From an uncultured virus (IMG/VR IMGVR_UViG_3300028590_000012) (Duplodnaviria > Heunggongvirae > Uroviricota > Caudoviricetes): 64,000 nt of DNA. The notes below the pieces were generated by a model, which searched no databases, was not told where the DNA came from, and was given only the letters and a program-made list of their open reading frames with translations. Where the stretch lies: IMG/VR virus record IMGVR_UViG_3300028590_000012. One strand, given 5' to 3'. Numbering within the stretch: position 1 is the stretch's first letter; the number at the start of each line of letters is the position of its first letter. Below are positions 15,542 to 26,547 of this stretch, in pieces. Position numbers and translations under genes: made by a program.

Positions 15542-16585
15542 TCACCTGCCGGGGTACAGCCCGGCCATATTCCAGGTGGAGGCGTTGATCCGCAATGTCA
15601 TTGCCGCGCCACCACGAAACGACCGCAGTTCATTGTTCAACAAGTCAATGGCCTGAGCCATTTCTTGATCTCTCCTGCCGCCATCATTTGAAGACTCGTA
15701 AACGATGGCCGTCAAAGCTGTCCTCAATGCCCCCAAGTTACTCGGCACAACGTAGTCCTGATCATGGAGTACAGGGACATACTGCCTCTTGCAGATGGCC
15801 CTCACGTAGAAATCCTGAGAGGAATCCCGATTGCAGTTAGGGACAGTGTAGCGCTTATAGGACGGATTGGTGTCGTTTGGCTGGTAGGTTCCGATCAGGG
15901 TTTCCGCAGAGGTATCCACGTCCACCGCGTAGATTCGCATGTACCCTTGGAAGCGTTCCCGGTAGAGGAAGTACAGTTGCTTGGTGAAATGCTGGGAAGG
16001 TTCTGTTGAGGGGTAGGTAAGATCAAACTCGATCCCCTCGTAGGAGGAAGAGGACTGCGGGGTGAAGACCCTGTTCCCATCCTCGTCGTAGCCTTTGACA
16101 AGAAGTGTCTGCCCGGCATCCTCCGCGTCGTCAATTTCGATGCGCAGGGTGTACTCCACATAAGGAGAATCCCGGAAGGTAACAAACCCATCACCCCGAT
16201 CGTTTGCGAAGCTATTGAAGGAGGAGAACCCGAACTGCCCCCACAAGTCCCACCTCCATAGGAAAGGACCAGAACCAAGCACCGTCAACCATTCGTTGCG
16301 GATCTGGACAGGCATTCTTCCGATACATCCATTCTCTCCCCGCAGTTCGTAGGACAGGGCCTCCACCGAGGCGAATTCCATCGGCAGCGTGATGTGATGA
16401 TCTCCCTCGGGAATCAAGAATGCGACATGCTCATACTGGCCAAGCCACGAACCGCTGTTGATGATCCGCTCGCAGGCAAGGTTCAAGGTCAGGTTGAACT
16501 TGTCGATGTTCTCCTGCGAGGAAAGATTCGGCACAACAGCCTTGTAAAGCTGATTGCGCACCTGACCCAGTGTGAGCTTTGCCAT
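15542..16585 (-). CDS. Putative virion structural protein (adaptor/tail-tube-like)
   Basis: 347 aa, MAKLTLGQVRNQL..., in a minus-strand structural-looking cluster. Confidence 0.5.
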   Translation of the reverse strand: MAKLTLGQVRNQLYKAVVPNLSSQENIDKFNLTLNLACERIINSGSWLGQYEHVAFLIPEGDHHITLPMEFASVEALSYELRGENGCIGRMPVQIRNEWLTVLGSGPFLWRWDLWGQFGFSSFNSFANDRGDGFVTFRDSPYVEYTLRIEIDDAEDAGQTLLVKGYDEDGNRVFTPQSSSSYEGIEFDLTYPSTEPSQHFTKQLYFLYRERFQGYMRIYAVDVDTSAETLIGTYQPNDTNPSYKRYTVPNCNRDSSQDFYVRAICKRQYVPVLHDQDYVVPSNLGALRTALTAIVYESSNDGGRRDQEMAQAIDLLNNELRSFRGGAAMTLRINASTWNMAGLYPGR

Positions 16586-17176
16586 TTACCAGAGGGCTTG
16601 GAAAGAGGTGTTTGGCTGACGGGTGCGGTATTTCGCGTAAAGCGGAGCCATGGCCTGCTGATATGCCTGGGCTTGGGTGGAAATCTTGTCATTCCACGAA
16701 GAATACCGCTGTCCTGGCGTAGAAGTGCTTCCTCCCAAGAGTCCCGCCGCTCCCTGCCCGCTCATGAATTGCCCGTAAGAAGTCTGCGCCAGTCCAGAAG
16801 AACCTTGTCCGTACCCACCGCTGGCGGTGGGATCGCGCATGTAGTTGTTGTAGTTCACCCCCTGAAGGCCGCCCAAAGCATCAGCCTTCTCGGACTGGAA
16901 CTGGTCAAAAGCCCGCTGCCGAAATTGATTCCCAGCCTCCCACTTCTCATACATCTTCTGTGCGCGATTGGTGATGCGATCTTCAGGGCTGCCAGACCCC
17001 ATGCCGTTGATGTTGGTACTATCCCCTACCGCGCGGAGATTACTGAGGCCGGTATTGTACTGGATCGGTCCAGGCACAGGATTCGATGGCGTGGCCGGGA
17101 TTCCAGCATTTACGCCCATGAATCGGTTGTAACTATTCTCAACCGTGCTGTATGGCTGGTAGGTGTTCGTTGCCAT
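16586..17176 (-). CDS. Putative virion protein (Gly/Gln/Asn-rich)
   Basis: 196-aa ORF abutting the downstream gene. Confidence 0.5.
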   Translation of the reverse strand: MATNTYQPYSTVENSYNRFMGVNAGIPATPSNPVPGPIQYNTGLSNLRAVGDSTNINGMGSGSPEDRITNRAQKMYEKWEAGNQFRQRAFDQFQSEKADALGGLQGVNYNNYMRDPTASGGYGQGSSGLAQTSYGQFMSGQGAAGLLGGSTSTPGQRYSSWNDKISTQAQAYQQAMAPLYAKYRTRQPNTSFQALW

Positions 17177-17414
17177 TACACCGAATCCTTTTTCGCCTCC
17201 CCATCAGGGGATTCTGTGAAGTACTCCTTGGTGAAGACAGCCACTTCTTCTGCGGTCTGTTTGATCAGCTTCTCCACCTTACCTCCAGAGTTGACGTAAA
17301 GGAGAAATCCTCCGGTAAACGACTGAATCTTGAGGGTCTTCTGCATGAGGGACATGTAGCACTACCTGCAACACGGTTGCAAGAGGGAAGTTTTAACCGC
17401 TTGTCGAACAATAC

Positions 17415-18047
17415 TCATGAAACAACTACCGTTCCTCCGTCATAATCTCCTATCGGTGTATTCTGGTCGCCGTCTTTTATACCGTTGAAAATGTTCCCAC
17501 CTTCATCGGAAATATCCGCATGCCAATTGTAATCCCCGGGATATTCAACGAATACGCTATATGTGTTTCCTTCCGACTCAATTGTTCCCTCCCAGCGACA
17601 CAATGAAACCCGCGAAACAGTGGTGGTTGCAGCACCCCAGTCGAATGTCAGCGTGTCAGGGAACTCGTCTTCAGTCTCTCCTGGGTCTGGTAAAGAATCA
17701 TTTTCCCATCCAGAAGATATAAGACAACCAGAAGTCCACTGTCCGAAACTCAAATTTACGATGGCCCAATTATCACCAGAAAATTCGGATTCCTTGATTG
17801 TAAAATCACCATAAATGTCGTGAGTTCCAATGTAAATAGTGTCTCCGGCTGCCTGTAGAACCATTGTCACTTCATATGTATCACCCTCAAAAATAAACCT
17901 GAAAAGGAACTGTGAAGGAAGATCCGTACGAGGATAGGAAGAATCCAAATATCCAATAGACGAATACAGGCAACACTCCGCAGGAGGCTCGCAGCAACAG
18001 GGATCTGTAGCGCTTCCTGCAAGGACTGCGGCTATTGCGTAAGCCAT
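17415..18047 (-). CDS. Acidic Cys-cluster protein, probably tail-associated
   Basis: DPCCCEPPAECC motif, beta-rich composition. Confidence 0.5.
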   Translation of the reverse strand: MAYAIAAVLAGSATDPCCCEPPAECCLYSSIGYLDSSYPRTDLPSQFLFRFIFEGDTYEVTMVLQAAGDTIYIGTHDIYGDFTIKESEFSGDNWAIVNLSFGQWTSGCLISSGWENDSLPDPGETEDEFPDTLTFDWGAATTTVSRVSLCRWEGTIESEGNTYSVFVEYPGDYNWHADISDEGGNIFNGIKDGDQNTPIGDYDGGTVVVS

Positions 18048-18050
18048 GAC

Positions 18051-18308
18051 TCAGGGAGGGATGATATACCCCGACACTCTGGCAATATTGCCATCACACA
18101 GCGCAAGATCCACTGTAGGCAAATCTCCACCACCCCCCCCTCCTCCAGAGACATTCCCGTTTGCTTGGGAAGGAGTGCTTGTAGGAAATGCTACCGCCTG
18201 ACCGATTGGTTGATTATTCCCGTAGTAGATCGAGGAAATCCCGCCATCTCCAGGGATGGACGCTGGAGGGAGTTGCTGAATCTGGTACTGGTAACTGTCG
18301 TTTGGCAT
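18051..18308 (-). CDS. Small Gly-rich structural protein
   Basis: MPNDSYQ...GGGGGGG. Confidence 0.45.
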   Translation of the reverse strand: MPNDSYQYQIQQLPPASIPGDGGISSIYYGNNQPIGQAVAFPTSTPSQANGNVSGGGGGGGDLPTVDLALCDGNIARVSGYIIPP

Positions 18309-18310
18309 GG

Positions 18311-19519
18311 CTACACAAGAAGAACCTTCGTTTCCTGCAAAATCCAAAGCGACCCTCGGTAGCGCTTTATATCCACAGCTACGGTCTGATAAGTCCCGAT
18401 CAAGGCATTGTATTCGGTAGCTGTCGGCGTGCTTTCTGCGAAGATGTGATCCTCTTCAAGATCTCCGTAATTGGCATCATCTAAGAAAATAGCCTCTACA
18501 GAAATCTCGTCATTAAGCACTCCCCCGATGTTGATTGAGAAGGAAATACCATTGTAGATCAAATCGCGGGTTCCCAGTGCAAAGATGGTCGGAACGGACG
18601 GACTACTTGTGTAGTAACTCGTGGTGGTGCTGAAAATGGCGGGAACCTGGGGAGCGGCTTTATGGGTGGGATACCAACGGACCTGTGACCTGTCGGGGTC
18701 TAGTGTCAACTGGAGGACATCCACGGTAATATCGAAGTACAACGCGGGCCAGTTGAAGCGACCCGTGTTGTACTCGGTGAATGTTTCAGGAAGCTCTTGA
18801 AGGTACGACCATATGCGGAGCTTTGTGTATTTCGTAATGGAACTCTCTTGCATCGCAAGCGTGAGAGGTTCTGTGGAAGGGTCAAATTCATCCGTGGACA
18901 GAACCACCTGTCTATCCGTGAACACTAGAATATTCATCTCTGTGTCGAAATCCTGTGTCGTGACCACTGGTCCAGGAAGTGTGGTGTAGGTGCGGACTAC
19001 TTGGATGAACTTCGAGTGGAGGTCTGCTGGGTCCGTCTGATTTACCGTGTGCTCCTCGGTAAGAAGTGCTCCTGGATAATCAGGATCAGGGGTAAGAGGA
19101 GCGAGCGGAGTGTACCCTTCGCGTGGAACCGTGTACAACCTTGTTATGGTCGGGTAGTCGGGGTCTGATTCTGCGTAGGCGAACGAATAATTCCAATCAT
19201 CCTGATCCTGCCAAGCTTTCGCCCAGACATACCGCATCCACCACGAATTATTATCAAAGGCTGGCTGCTGGGATACTAGGAAGTATCCGTTGTACGCTTC
19301 CGAGAACGCCGTGTGGTCAACCGTTTCGTAAAGGGTGCCATACTGTCGAAGTTCATACGCCCCAGTCTCCATCGGCACATATTCCACCAAAAGGCGATTC
19401 TCTACTGATGGCGTTGGATAATTCTCCTGCGGTTTGAGAAGGACCGTGCTGTTGGGCTGGATTCTGGCTGGGCCTGGAGGCATATTTCGCAAGAACCTTG
19501 CAACAAGACTGCCCGCCAT
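18311..19519 (-). CDS. Putative virion structural protein
   Basis: 402-aa Thr/Tyr-rich ORF heading the cluster. Confidence 0.55.
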   Translation of the reverse strand: MAGSLVARFLRNMPPGPARIQPNSTVLLKPQENYPTPSVENRLLVEYVPMETGAYELRQYGTLYETVDHTAFSEAYNGYFLVSQQPAFDNNSWWMRYVWAKAWQDQDDWNYSFAYAESDPDYPTITRLYTVPREGYTPLAPLTPDPDYPGALLTEEHTVNQTDPADLHSKFIQVVRTYTTLPGPVVTTQDFDTEMNILVFTDRQVVLSTDEFDPSTEPLTLAMQESSITKYTKLRIWSYLQELPETFTEYNTGRFNWPALYFDITVDVLQLTLDPDRSQVRWYPTHKAAPQVPAIFSTTTSYYTSSPSVPTIFALGTRDLIYNGISFSINIGGVLNDEISVEAIFLDDANYGDLEEDHIFAESTPTATEYNALIGTYQTVAVDIKRYRGSLWILQETKVLLV

Positions 19520-19693
19520 GCAATATCTTTCCCCAGATGCTCAAGAACCCGTATAACCTTCCCAATGCCAAGCAGGCTTCCAACGCCCTGAAAGCTGCCT
19601 GGGAAGCGATAGGGAAAAGGCTTGATGCCAAGCACGCCCATGAAATGTCCCGCCTGCGCAAGGCAATCCCCGAGGTGAAGGATTTCCAAGGGA

Positions 19694-20557
19694 CTATCGG
19701 GAAACTGTAATCTCCGACATGTATGGGATGGAAAGCCCTCGGCAGATATGTTCTGCCCGGACCATCAGCTTGCACTGCATCTCGTCCATGGCGTAGATGG
19801 GGCTCCCCTCGCAATAGCCCGTAAATGCCCCCCTGGTTGATTCTGGCACGTGATGGAACTCCTTCCCCAGGATCTCCACATGAAGTTCTCCTGTGACCGC
19901 GTAGAGCGTGGATGGACGGCTAAAGAAACAGTCGCAGGCGTAGGAACATACTTCCAAAATGTTCGGGTGGTGCAGCCCTTCGCAGATCGCGTTGCAGGAT
20001 GACTGGTTCCCGATGAACACCGCGCTCCCTTTGATGGCCCTAGCGGCTTCGTAAAGGTCTGCGGTTCGGAGGTACTCCACCATTCCAAACTGGGTACAGA
20101 ATGCCTTCCATTCTGCCTCAAGTCCGATGAAAAGGATGTCTCGTTTGTATTGTTCAACGATACCCTTCCAGGGGAATGTGTTGAAAGATTGCCACCGGGG
20201 GCAGCGGTTCACAACGATCCTTCCGGAAGTTCGAAGGTCAGGCTCTACCTCAAGCCACGGCTTGGAAATGTCTGCCTTCACACGCGCCCACCGGGCCACC
20301 TTGCTGATGATGTTCTCCCCTACCCTGTGTCCACCAGAACGGTAGGTGGAAAGATCCATATCCAGGGGCTCTCCATTGTGAGGAGCGAAGGTGTAGCCCT
20401 GTGCCTCCAGGAGTCGGGAGAGGGTCTTTGACCTGACCGCGAATCCAGGCCGCGTCCAGGGGCGTTCTAGCGCGAATAGATGGGTGGCCTGTAGCGCCCT
20501 GAAGGTGGGGATGCTGTAGAGGAAGTCCCCAGCCTCGCCTCCTTGGCCGATCCTCAT
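19694..20557 (-). CDS. Glycosyltransferase, GT9 (heptosyltransferase)-like
   Basis: GEAGDFLYSIP...DLYEAARAIKGSAVFIGNQSSCNAICEGLHHP. Confidence 0.7.
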   Translation of the reverse strand: MRIGQGGEAGDFLYSIPTFRALQATHLFALERPWTRPGFAVRSKTLSRLLEAQGYTFAPHNGEPLDMDLSTYRSGGHRVGENIISKVARWARVKADISKPWLEVEPDLRTSGRIVVNRCPRWQSFNTFPWKGIVEQYKRDILFIGLEAEWKAFCTQFGMVEYLRTADLYEAARAIKGSAVFIGNQSSCNAICEGLHHPNILEVCSYACDCFFSRPSTLYAVTGELHVEILGKEFHHVPESTRGAFTGYCEGSPIYAMDEMQCKLMVRAEHICRGLSIPYMSEITVSR

Positions 20558-20958
20558 TTATTATGCTTAATCCAACGATTAACCATGCGGAAAGATCTAA
20601 CAAATTCCGGCAATACTTCTCCAAGGAATGCCGATAATCTTGATGCCATCTCTGTCCATTGAGAATGGTTCATATGAAACTGAACTATGTCACTGGCATC
20701 TCGTTCAAAACACATCGGCTTTAGAGCCACGCCAAGATCATTCATAATAAGTTCTCCGGCTTCGTGTGTTAACACAGCCACAGCTTTCGTCTCAAATTCC
20801 GAATCTGCTCCAACATGGATAACTGGATGTTTACCATCCAAGCACAACACAAACCAACCTCCGTCCAAATTTGGTTCTATCCAAACCTCAACCATGCGAA
20901 ATCCTATTTGATATATTCCTACCAAATAATTCCCTCCAGAATATTGTTTTCGTTTCAT
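20554..20958 (-). CDS. Hypothetical protein (VLTHEAGE motif)
   Basis: ORF coupled to both neighbours. Confidence 0.5.
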   Translation of the reverse strand: MKRKQYSGGNYLVGIYQIGFRMVEVWIEPNLDGGWFVLCLDGKHPVIHVGADSEFETKAVAVLTHEAGELIMNDLGVALKPMCFERDASDIVQFHMNHSQWTEMASRLSAFLGEVLPEFVRSFRMVNRWIKHNK

Positions 20959-21185
20959 TGCGGAATCTCCTCCCATGTCACCTTGGCGATTTGGGATTTC
21001 GGAAGAAATTGCCTATCCCCAACTTCTATCCAATCGTACCCAAGTCTTAACCAATTAAGAAGCGCCTGTACTGGATCAAGGGCTTCTCCACAAAGGTATC
21101 TGGAATTTGGATTTGGAGGAATATCATAAAACTCCTTCTCAAGGGTCTGTCCGTCGAGGAAGTGTATCGTGGCTTTGATGGTCAT
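20955..21185 (-). CDS. Hypothetical protein, paralogous to 21799-22140
   Basis: KATIHFLDGQTLEKEFY...IAKVTWEE. Confidence 0.5.
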   Translation of the reverse strand: MTIKATIHFLDGQTLEKEFYDIPPNPNSRYLCGEALDPVQALLNWLRLGYDWIEVGDRQFLPKSQIAKVTWEEIPQ

Positions 21186-21798
21186 GGTGTTGCGGTAGCT
21201 ACAGGTTGATTTTTCGGCAAGTCTTTTGGAGGCCGAACATCAATCCGAACCTGCCATAACATTCCACACGAACCAATCCCGAGCGGGAATGCCAGTATGA
21301 TAAGCGCTATGCCAGCAAGTTGACCAAATGTTTGTGGGTCATCTGAATCACTCATACCTCAATAATCTCCCATGACTTGGCCGTCTTTCTCGCCTCGTTG
21401 TACTTTTTGAGCCATACGTTGAAATGCTCCCATAAAGGATGCTTCTCCGAAGGAAGCCATCCCTTCTTGCTCCCATTCACGTAGAATGTTGGTCCGCAGT
21501 AATGGTGGTGTTCCCATCGGTACCTCTGTTTCCCAATCGTGCAGCTACCCTCCCCATCGTGGTAGTCGATCGCCATTCCGTTAATGATTTGTCCTGCCAT
21601 AATTTTTGTTAAACAATCACATCTCCACGCGCCTTGGCCTGCTTCCACCAAAGAGCATCGTAATGGGGCGGCCTGCACATTCCTTCAACGGTATCTAGCA
21701 GGGCATCAGCTTCCGCGAGATCCCTGTGACAGGCTAGGCATACAGGGCCAATCATGGGCTCGTAGGTCTCCGCCCAGTCCTGGCGGCAGCAGGTGCAC

Positions 21799-22140
21799 TC
21801 ACGCTTCATGATCGTCAATTACTTTCCACTCAGGGATGTATTCCTCGTAATCCACTTTTGCGATGTCGATTGCCCTTCGGAACTTCCGTCCAAATTGCAT
21901 CAGATTATCCCCGTCGGAAATTTCATTTTTCAGATCCAAGTATCCTGAATACCAATACGTTCCGCCTCCAACATCAGGAACAGATCTGGGATAAAACGTC
22001 TTTTCAAGAATTTCCCCATCCTTGAACGTGATGGTAGCTTTAGCTGCTTTTTTTGATATTCGCTCGTCTCGTTCTGCATCAGTCTCTTTCACCATCACCC
22101 GAATCCCTTCGAGGTCTAAAATCCTTCTCGCCGTTTTCAT
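21799..22140 (-). CDS. Hypothetical protein, paralogous to 20955-21185
   Basis: KATITFKDGEILEKTFY...IAKVDYEE. Confidence 0.5.
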   Translation of the reverse strand: MKTARRILDLEGIRVMVKETDAERDERISKKAAKATITFKDGEILEKTFYPRSVPDVGGGTYWYSGYLDLKNEISDGDNLMQFGRKFRRAIDIAKVDYEEYIPEWKVIDDHEA

Positions 22141-22479
22141 TCCTCCTCCTTGTCAAAAGGGAAATCCACCTCACACCTGCGCATGGACTGCTCCCGTTTC
22201 GCCTCCTCGTATTCCTCCCAGTCCGATTCCACGATCCCCTTACCTCGGATGAATCGGTAGTCCAGACGGTTCTCGTCGTAGTCGTCTCTGTCGGGGGAGA
22301 AGCTCATTCGCCGTCCCTACAGTCGCACCTTCCACCCAGGAGTTCCGCGCCACAATTGACGCAGTATCCGTCCCTGATGGAATCCAAGACCGTTTCCCGA
22401 TCCCTTTGCTTCATCCCTGCCATCCTATCCCGCAACTCGTCGATGAGTTCCTGGGTGGCAAGCTCTTGGGCGTTCATGA

Positions 22480-22824
22480 CTATTGGTTTTTCCACTGTCC
22501 CTTCCTGCACTCCGAGCACAACCCCGTACCCTTTTCATCCTGGGGACTTGCGCAGAACCGGCACAGTCCACGGGATATGTTGTCAAACTGCCAGAATCCC
22601 CGATGGTCGAATCCCACTTCCTTGTAGGCCGTCACCTTGGCCTCCTGAGCAAGCAGCTTTGCCGCCCGTGCCTTGGCGATGGTTTCCTTGCTCTTGCGCT
22701 GGCGAGTGCCCTCCCGCTTGAGCACCTCCACAAATTCCAGCCGGGTGCGCTTGGCCTCATCCGATAGGCGCTGGAGTTCCTTGATGGCTTCCGGGGTTAG
22801 CTTGGAGAAGTATTCGTCAAACAT
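22480..22824 (-). CDS. Hypothetical protein with C-terminal Cys cluster
   Basis: CRFC...CSEC. Confidence 0.5.
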   Translation of the reverse strand: MFDEYFSKLTPEAIKELQRLSDEAKRTRLEFVEVLKREGTRQRKSKETIAKARAAKLLAQEAKVTAYKEVGFDHRGFWQFDNISRGLCRFCASPQDEKGTGLCSECRKGQWKNQ

Positions 22825-22853
22825 TGGCAGTACAGGTAAAGGTCATGCTGGAT

Positions 22854-22882
22854 ACCATAGCGTTGATGGTGATGAGTGTCAA
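22854..22882 (-). promoter_or_regulatory. Sigma70-type promoter
   Basis: TTGACA-N17-TATGGT. Confidence 0.6.
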
Positions 22883-23376
22883 CCTTGCGATAAGGTGACA
22901 TGGCCAGAATATCCTCGCTGTATGTGAATGGCCCCCAACTGGAATCCGCTCTGAGGCCATGGCTTTGGAGGAGTGTCAAGAAGGAGGATTTCTTTAATGG
23001 CAAATCCAGCATCCTGTATCGCCTTCATTCGCGCCTTCAATCCCAACACCGCATTTAGATTACACAGGAATACGACATCATCGGCCTGCTCCATGGACCT
23101 CACTAAAAAATGCCTCAACTTGCTGAACGGAGGGTTGGTAACAATCCAATCGTAGTGATTGATCTCGGGAGGATCGCTCAAGAAGTCTCTGCCTTCGTCT
23201 ATCTCCATCCACCTGGCATGTAGCGGCAAATGCTCCAGAAACGCTCCTGCGCCCTTGCAAGGCTCAAGGATTCGTCCTTCTGGACGGAAGTGGTCCACGA
23301 TCCTTTTAGCTAGGCAGGACGGCGTATAAATCTTGTCATCCCCTCCGTTGGGCACCATTGGGCGAGTACTGCTCAC
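22879..23376 (-). CDS. DNA amino-methyltransferase (N6-adenine type)
   Basis: DKIYTP...ILEPCKGAGAF...DWIVTNPPFS. Confidence 0.85.
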   Translation of the reverse strand: MSSTRPMVPNGGDDKIYTPSCLAKRIVDHFRPEGRILEPCKGAGAFLEHLPLHARWMEIDEGRDFLSDPPEINHYDWIVTNPPFSKLRHFLVRSMEQADDVVFLCNLNAVLGLKARMKAIQDAGFAIKEILLLDTPPKPWPQSGFQLGAIHIQRGYSGHVTLSQG

Positions 23377-24078
23377 TGCTGATTTGTCTTTTGAAGTTGC
23401 TCCCAGGAAATGATGCACCATTCTCTGTATGACGCCCACGCTTGCCTTCTCGCCATCCAGGCAAAAGGGAAGGCGCATCCAAACTCCCTCCCATTTGGAT
23501 TTTTATAGTCCCATTTGAACATCTCATGTCGGATAAGCGTGTATCCTTTCGGGACACCCTCTGTGGTGGTTAGCTTCATTTCCTAGAACCCCTTCTGCTG
23601 GCGCTTAATGGAATCCCTTCGATCAATGGCCCGATCAAGCTGCTCGTCGTAACGGATCTTGCGGAGTGCCATGCGCTTCCTTGTGGAAGGGATCACGCAA
23701 AGGAACAACGGAGCGAGGATCGCTAGAACAATCCACACCCACGTTCCTGCCAGCCACAGTAACGCAGCCACACATCCCACAAGGGTTGTCAGGAACTTCG
23801 CAGCGGAGATGATATTCTCCTCACGATCCTGCCAGTCCTTCGCCTCCTTGCAGATGGCTGCTATGGCACGCTCGGCTTCGATAAGGTAGTATTCGTTGTT
23901 GCTCATACTTGTTTCCCGCAATGACTGCATTTATAATACGTGAGACCAGAGATCATCCACAGATCCAAGGCCATTGCTCCACAGGAAGGACACTTTAGAG
24001 GGGCTGTACTTTCGGCCTCCCCGTGAGGGTAGTCTTCTGGAAGACATCCCTTCCATATATCCCGGATTTCTTTTGTGT

Positions 24079-24588
24079 TCATTCTAATCCCTTCGTCTGG
24101 ACAAGTTCTAATGGCGAAAATTCCTTGTTCTGCTCTAGCCAATCTTCGGCACGCTGCCAAGGCTCTTGACCAGCCATTGCATTCACGAGCTTCCATGCTT
24201 CCTGCATCCGCTCGCGGAATGTTGGGCCGGATGGCGTAGCGGCGAGGGCTTCCTTTGCATGATTCCGCGCCTCCTCGCATTTGATTGCGGTATCGCAACA
24301 GTCAGGATCGCAGCAGGGTCCGTTTTCAATAACCGACTCCAGCGCCCTCCGCAGCCCCTCCTCGCGCTCTTGGGCATCCATTGCTTTCCGCATCCATTCT
24401 TGTGTTGCTCCACACTGCCGCGAATACTGCTCATCCAAGAAATCAATGCGCTCTTGAGCGGCGGCGAGTTCGGTTTCCAGTTGACGCATGTCTTTGGAAG
24501 AAACCGCAGGAAGCATTGTAAGTTGAATCTTGCTCCAATCGACTATTGCAGCATCCGTCCGAAGTGTCTTTGAAAGGTTGTCATTCAT
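24079..24588 (-). CDS. Hypothetical coiled-coil protein
   Basis: 169-aa ORF in a coupled run. Confidence 0.5.
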   Translation of the reverse strand: MNDNLSKTLRTDAAIVDWSKIQLTMLPAVSSKDMRQLETELAAAQERIDFLDEQYSRQCGATQEWMRKAMDAQEREEGLRRALESVIENGPCCDPDCCDTAIKCEEARNHAKEALAATPSGPTFRERMQEAWKLVNAMAGQEPWQRAEDWLEQNKEFSPLELVQTKGLE

Positions 24589-24968
24589 GGATTTTTACCG
24601 TACGCCTTTCGGAGTCTGACCCGGATCGGAGATCCTTTCGCCCCAACCCCAATATTATCGAGAGCATCATCGGCCTCCTTCAGTAAGGACCGCATCTCCT
24701 TGCAGCGCTCAAGAAGTTCGCCCTGCATCAACTTCCCTTCTGGATCTCCGAGGGCAGCACGGACCTTGGCCACAAGCATCAGGGCGGAAAACTCCGTTCT
24801 GTCCAGGATTCCCTGGATGCGATCTACCCCGTCTGTGATCCCCTCTCCAGGCAGAAGTTGTGAGGCCGCCCAGAGTTCATGGGCCAGATCGTTGTGTTGA
24901 TGGTTTTCCATTGATTTACTTTCATTCATGGCTTGTTCCAAGGCTGGTTCCATAGGTGTATGGCTCAC
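24585..24968 (-). CDS. Hypothetical protein
   Basis: LAHELWAASQLLPGEGITDGVDRI; start uncertain. Confidence 0.5.
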   Translation of the reverse strand: MSHTPMEPALEQAMNESKSMENHQHNDLAHELWAASQLLPGEGITDGVDRIQGILDRTEFSALMLVAKVRAALGDPEGKLMQGELLERCKEMRSLLKEADDALDNIGVGAKGSPIRVRLRKAYGKNP

Positions 24969-26547
24969 GAAGCGGCCACTGAGGCATAGGGCGTCGCTTC
25001 ATCTGGTGAAATGGCTTTGGAAAGATGAGGCGGGACTGGCAGCTTGGGCAGCGCACAGAGCACGCATTACTTCCCCCAATGCCGCGCATGTCCGAGTAAT
25101 CCGTGACACAGTCCCCGTCCTCCAGTTCCACTTCGGCCCCACAGGAGCAGTTCAGCTTCAGGCCTACCCACCAGGGCTTTGGGGGAGGCGTTCCTTGTCG
25201 GATGATTTTCATAGGGTATCTCTGCTACCTTCCTTTGTGATGAGTTCGATGAGTTTTTCTGTGTAATGAATTGCCTTCTCTCCTGTAATTACAGCAATTC
25301 CATTTCCGTCCAAGATCTCAGCGTCTCCGGTTTCCTTGTTCCATCGAAACTCAGCGATAGTGAACTGTCTTGAGTCGTCTTTCATAGTATTGTTTAACGA
25401 TGCTTTCTGTTGAGGCATCTTATGATGGTTCTGGACTTGCTTATGCTTTCGCTGATCTCATAGTCCGCAGCCATCCTGGCCCAGAACCCCCTCCCGCGAC
25501 TGTAGGCATAGAGCGTCCTGCGACACTCCCGCAGGAGTTTGAGATACTTGCGCTCTAGGTCATGGAAGCTGCCCGGTTGGATCATTGCTTGTTGAGTTCT
25601 GCGATCAGAGCATCAGCCATTCTTACGGCAATCTGCGCGACGATTGTGACATCTTCAGGAAAGGGCGTTTCCCGGTAGGTGTTCTTAAGAAGAACAAGTG
25701 CCTGCCCAGCGAAGTAGGCCCGGAGTGACATGCCTCGCTTCCCAGTAGCGTCACATGGAAAAGCCGGTTCTTCGTAATGTTTGTTCATATGATCAGGAAA
25801 TGACGATCTTCTCCCCGGGGGTGAGGCGACGGACGCGCAGATTGCTTTCGGAAGGAGCGGTCCATGTGGAGCCTTCGCCACCGAGTTCAACGGCGCACGT
25901 GTACCCCACTGCAATAATTGCACCGGTACAGAAGTGAACCGGTTCAATTATCTCCGCAATGTCACCGGGCTTAAGGTCGCGCATGCGAAGTTGCTTTTCA
26001 GTGGTGGGCTTTTCAAGTGTTGCTTTCATGGGCTTTGTCTTTGAGTTGTAGTCTGCGGTGAAGTTCATCCAACATGACGGCCTTCCGATCCGCTGGGTGG
26101 GGCGTAACAATCCCCGTCATGGCTGACATTAGTAGGTCTGTTGAGGAAAGGTTATCCCCAGAGGGCATGACCATCACAACCTTGGAAGGGTCATCCGCCT
26201 CCACCGCCAAGAATCCTTCCTTGCTCATGCGCTCCTTGTCTTTTGGACTGATGGAGCCTTTCGGGAAAACTACGAGTTGTTTCACTTTGCTCCTTTTCCC
26301 TTGGAAACCCTGGAGGATGCCGAGCGCCTTCCTTTCTTTCCAAGAACGTACTTCGCAGCACTCACCATAAATTCGGCTGCCCTCACCTGCGCAAGGCTGG
26401 TTGCCCAGTCAGGATTACGGGCAAGAGCCTGCGCATCGTGTTGTATCGCCCGGCAGCAGCTCACAAGGCCGTCTTGGGTGCGAGGTATAGAGAAGGCTGC
26501 TGAGATGGTTTTCAGCAAGGCGTCGATCTGGTTGTAGGTGTCTCGGT

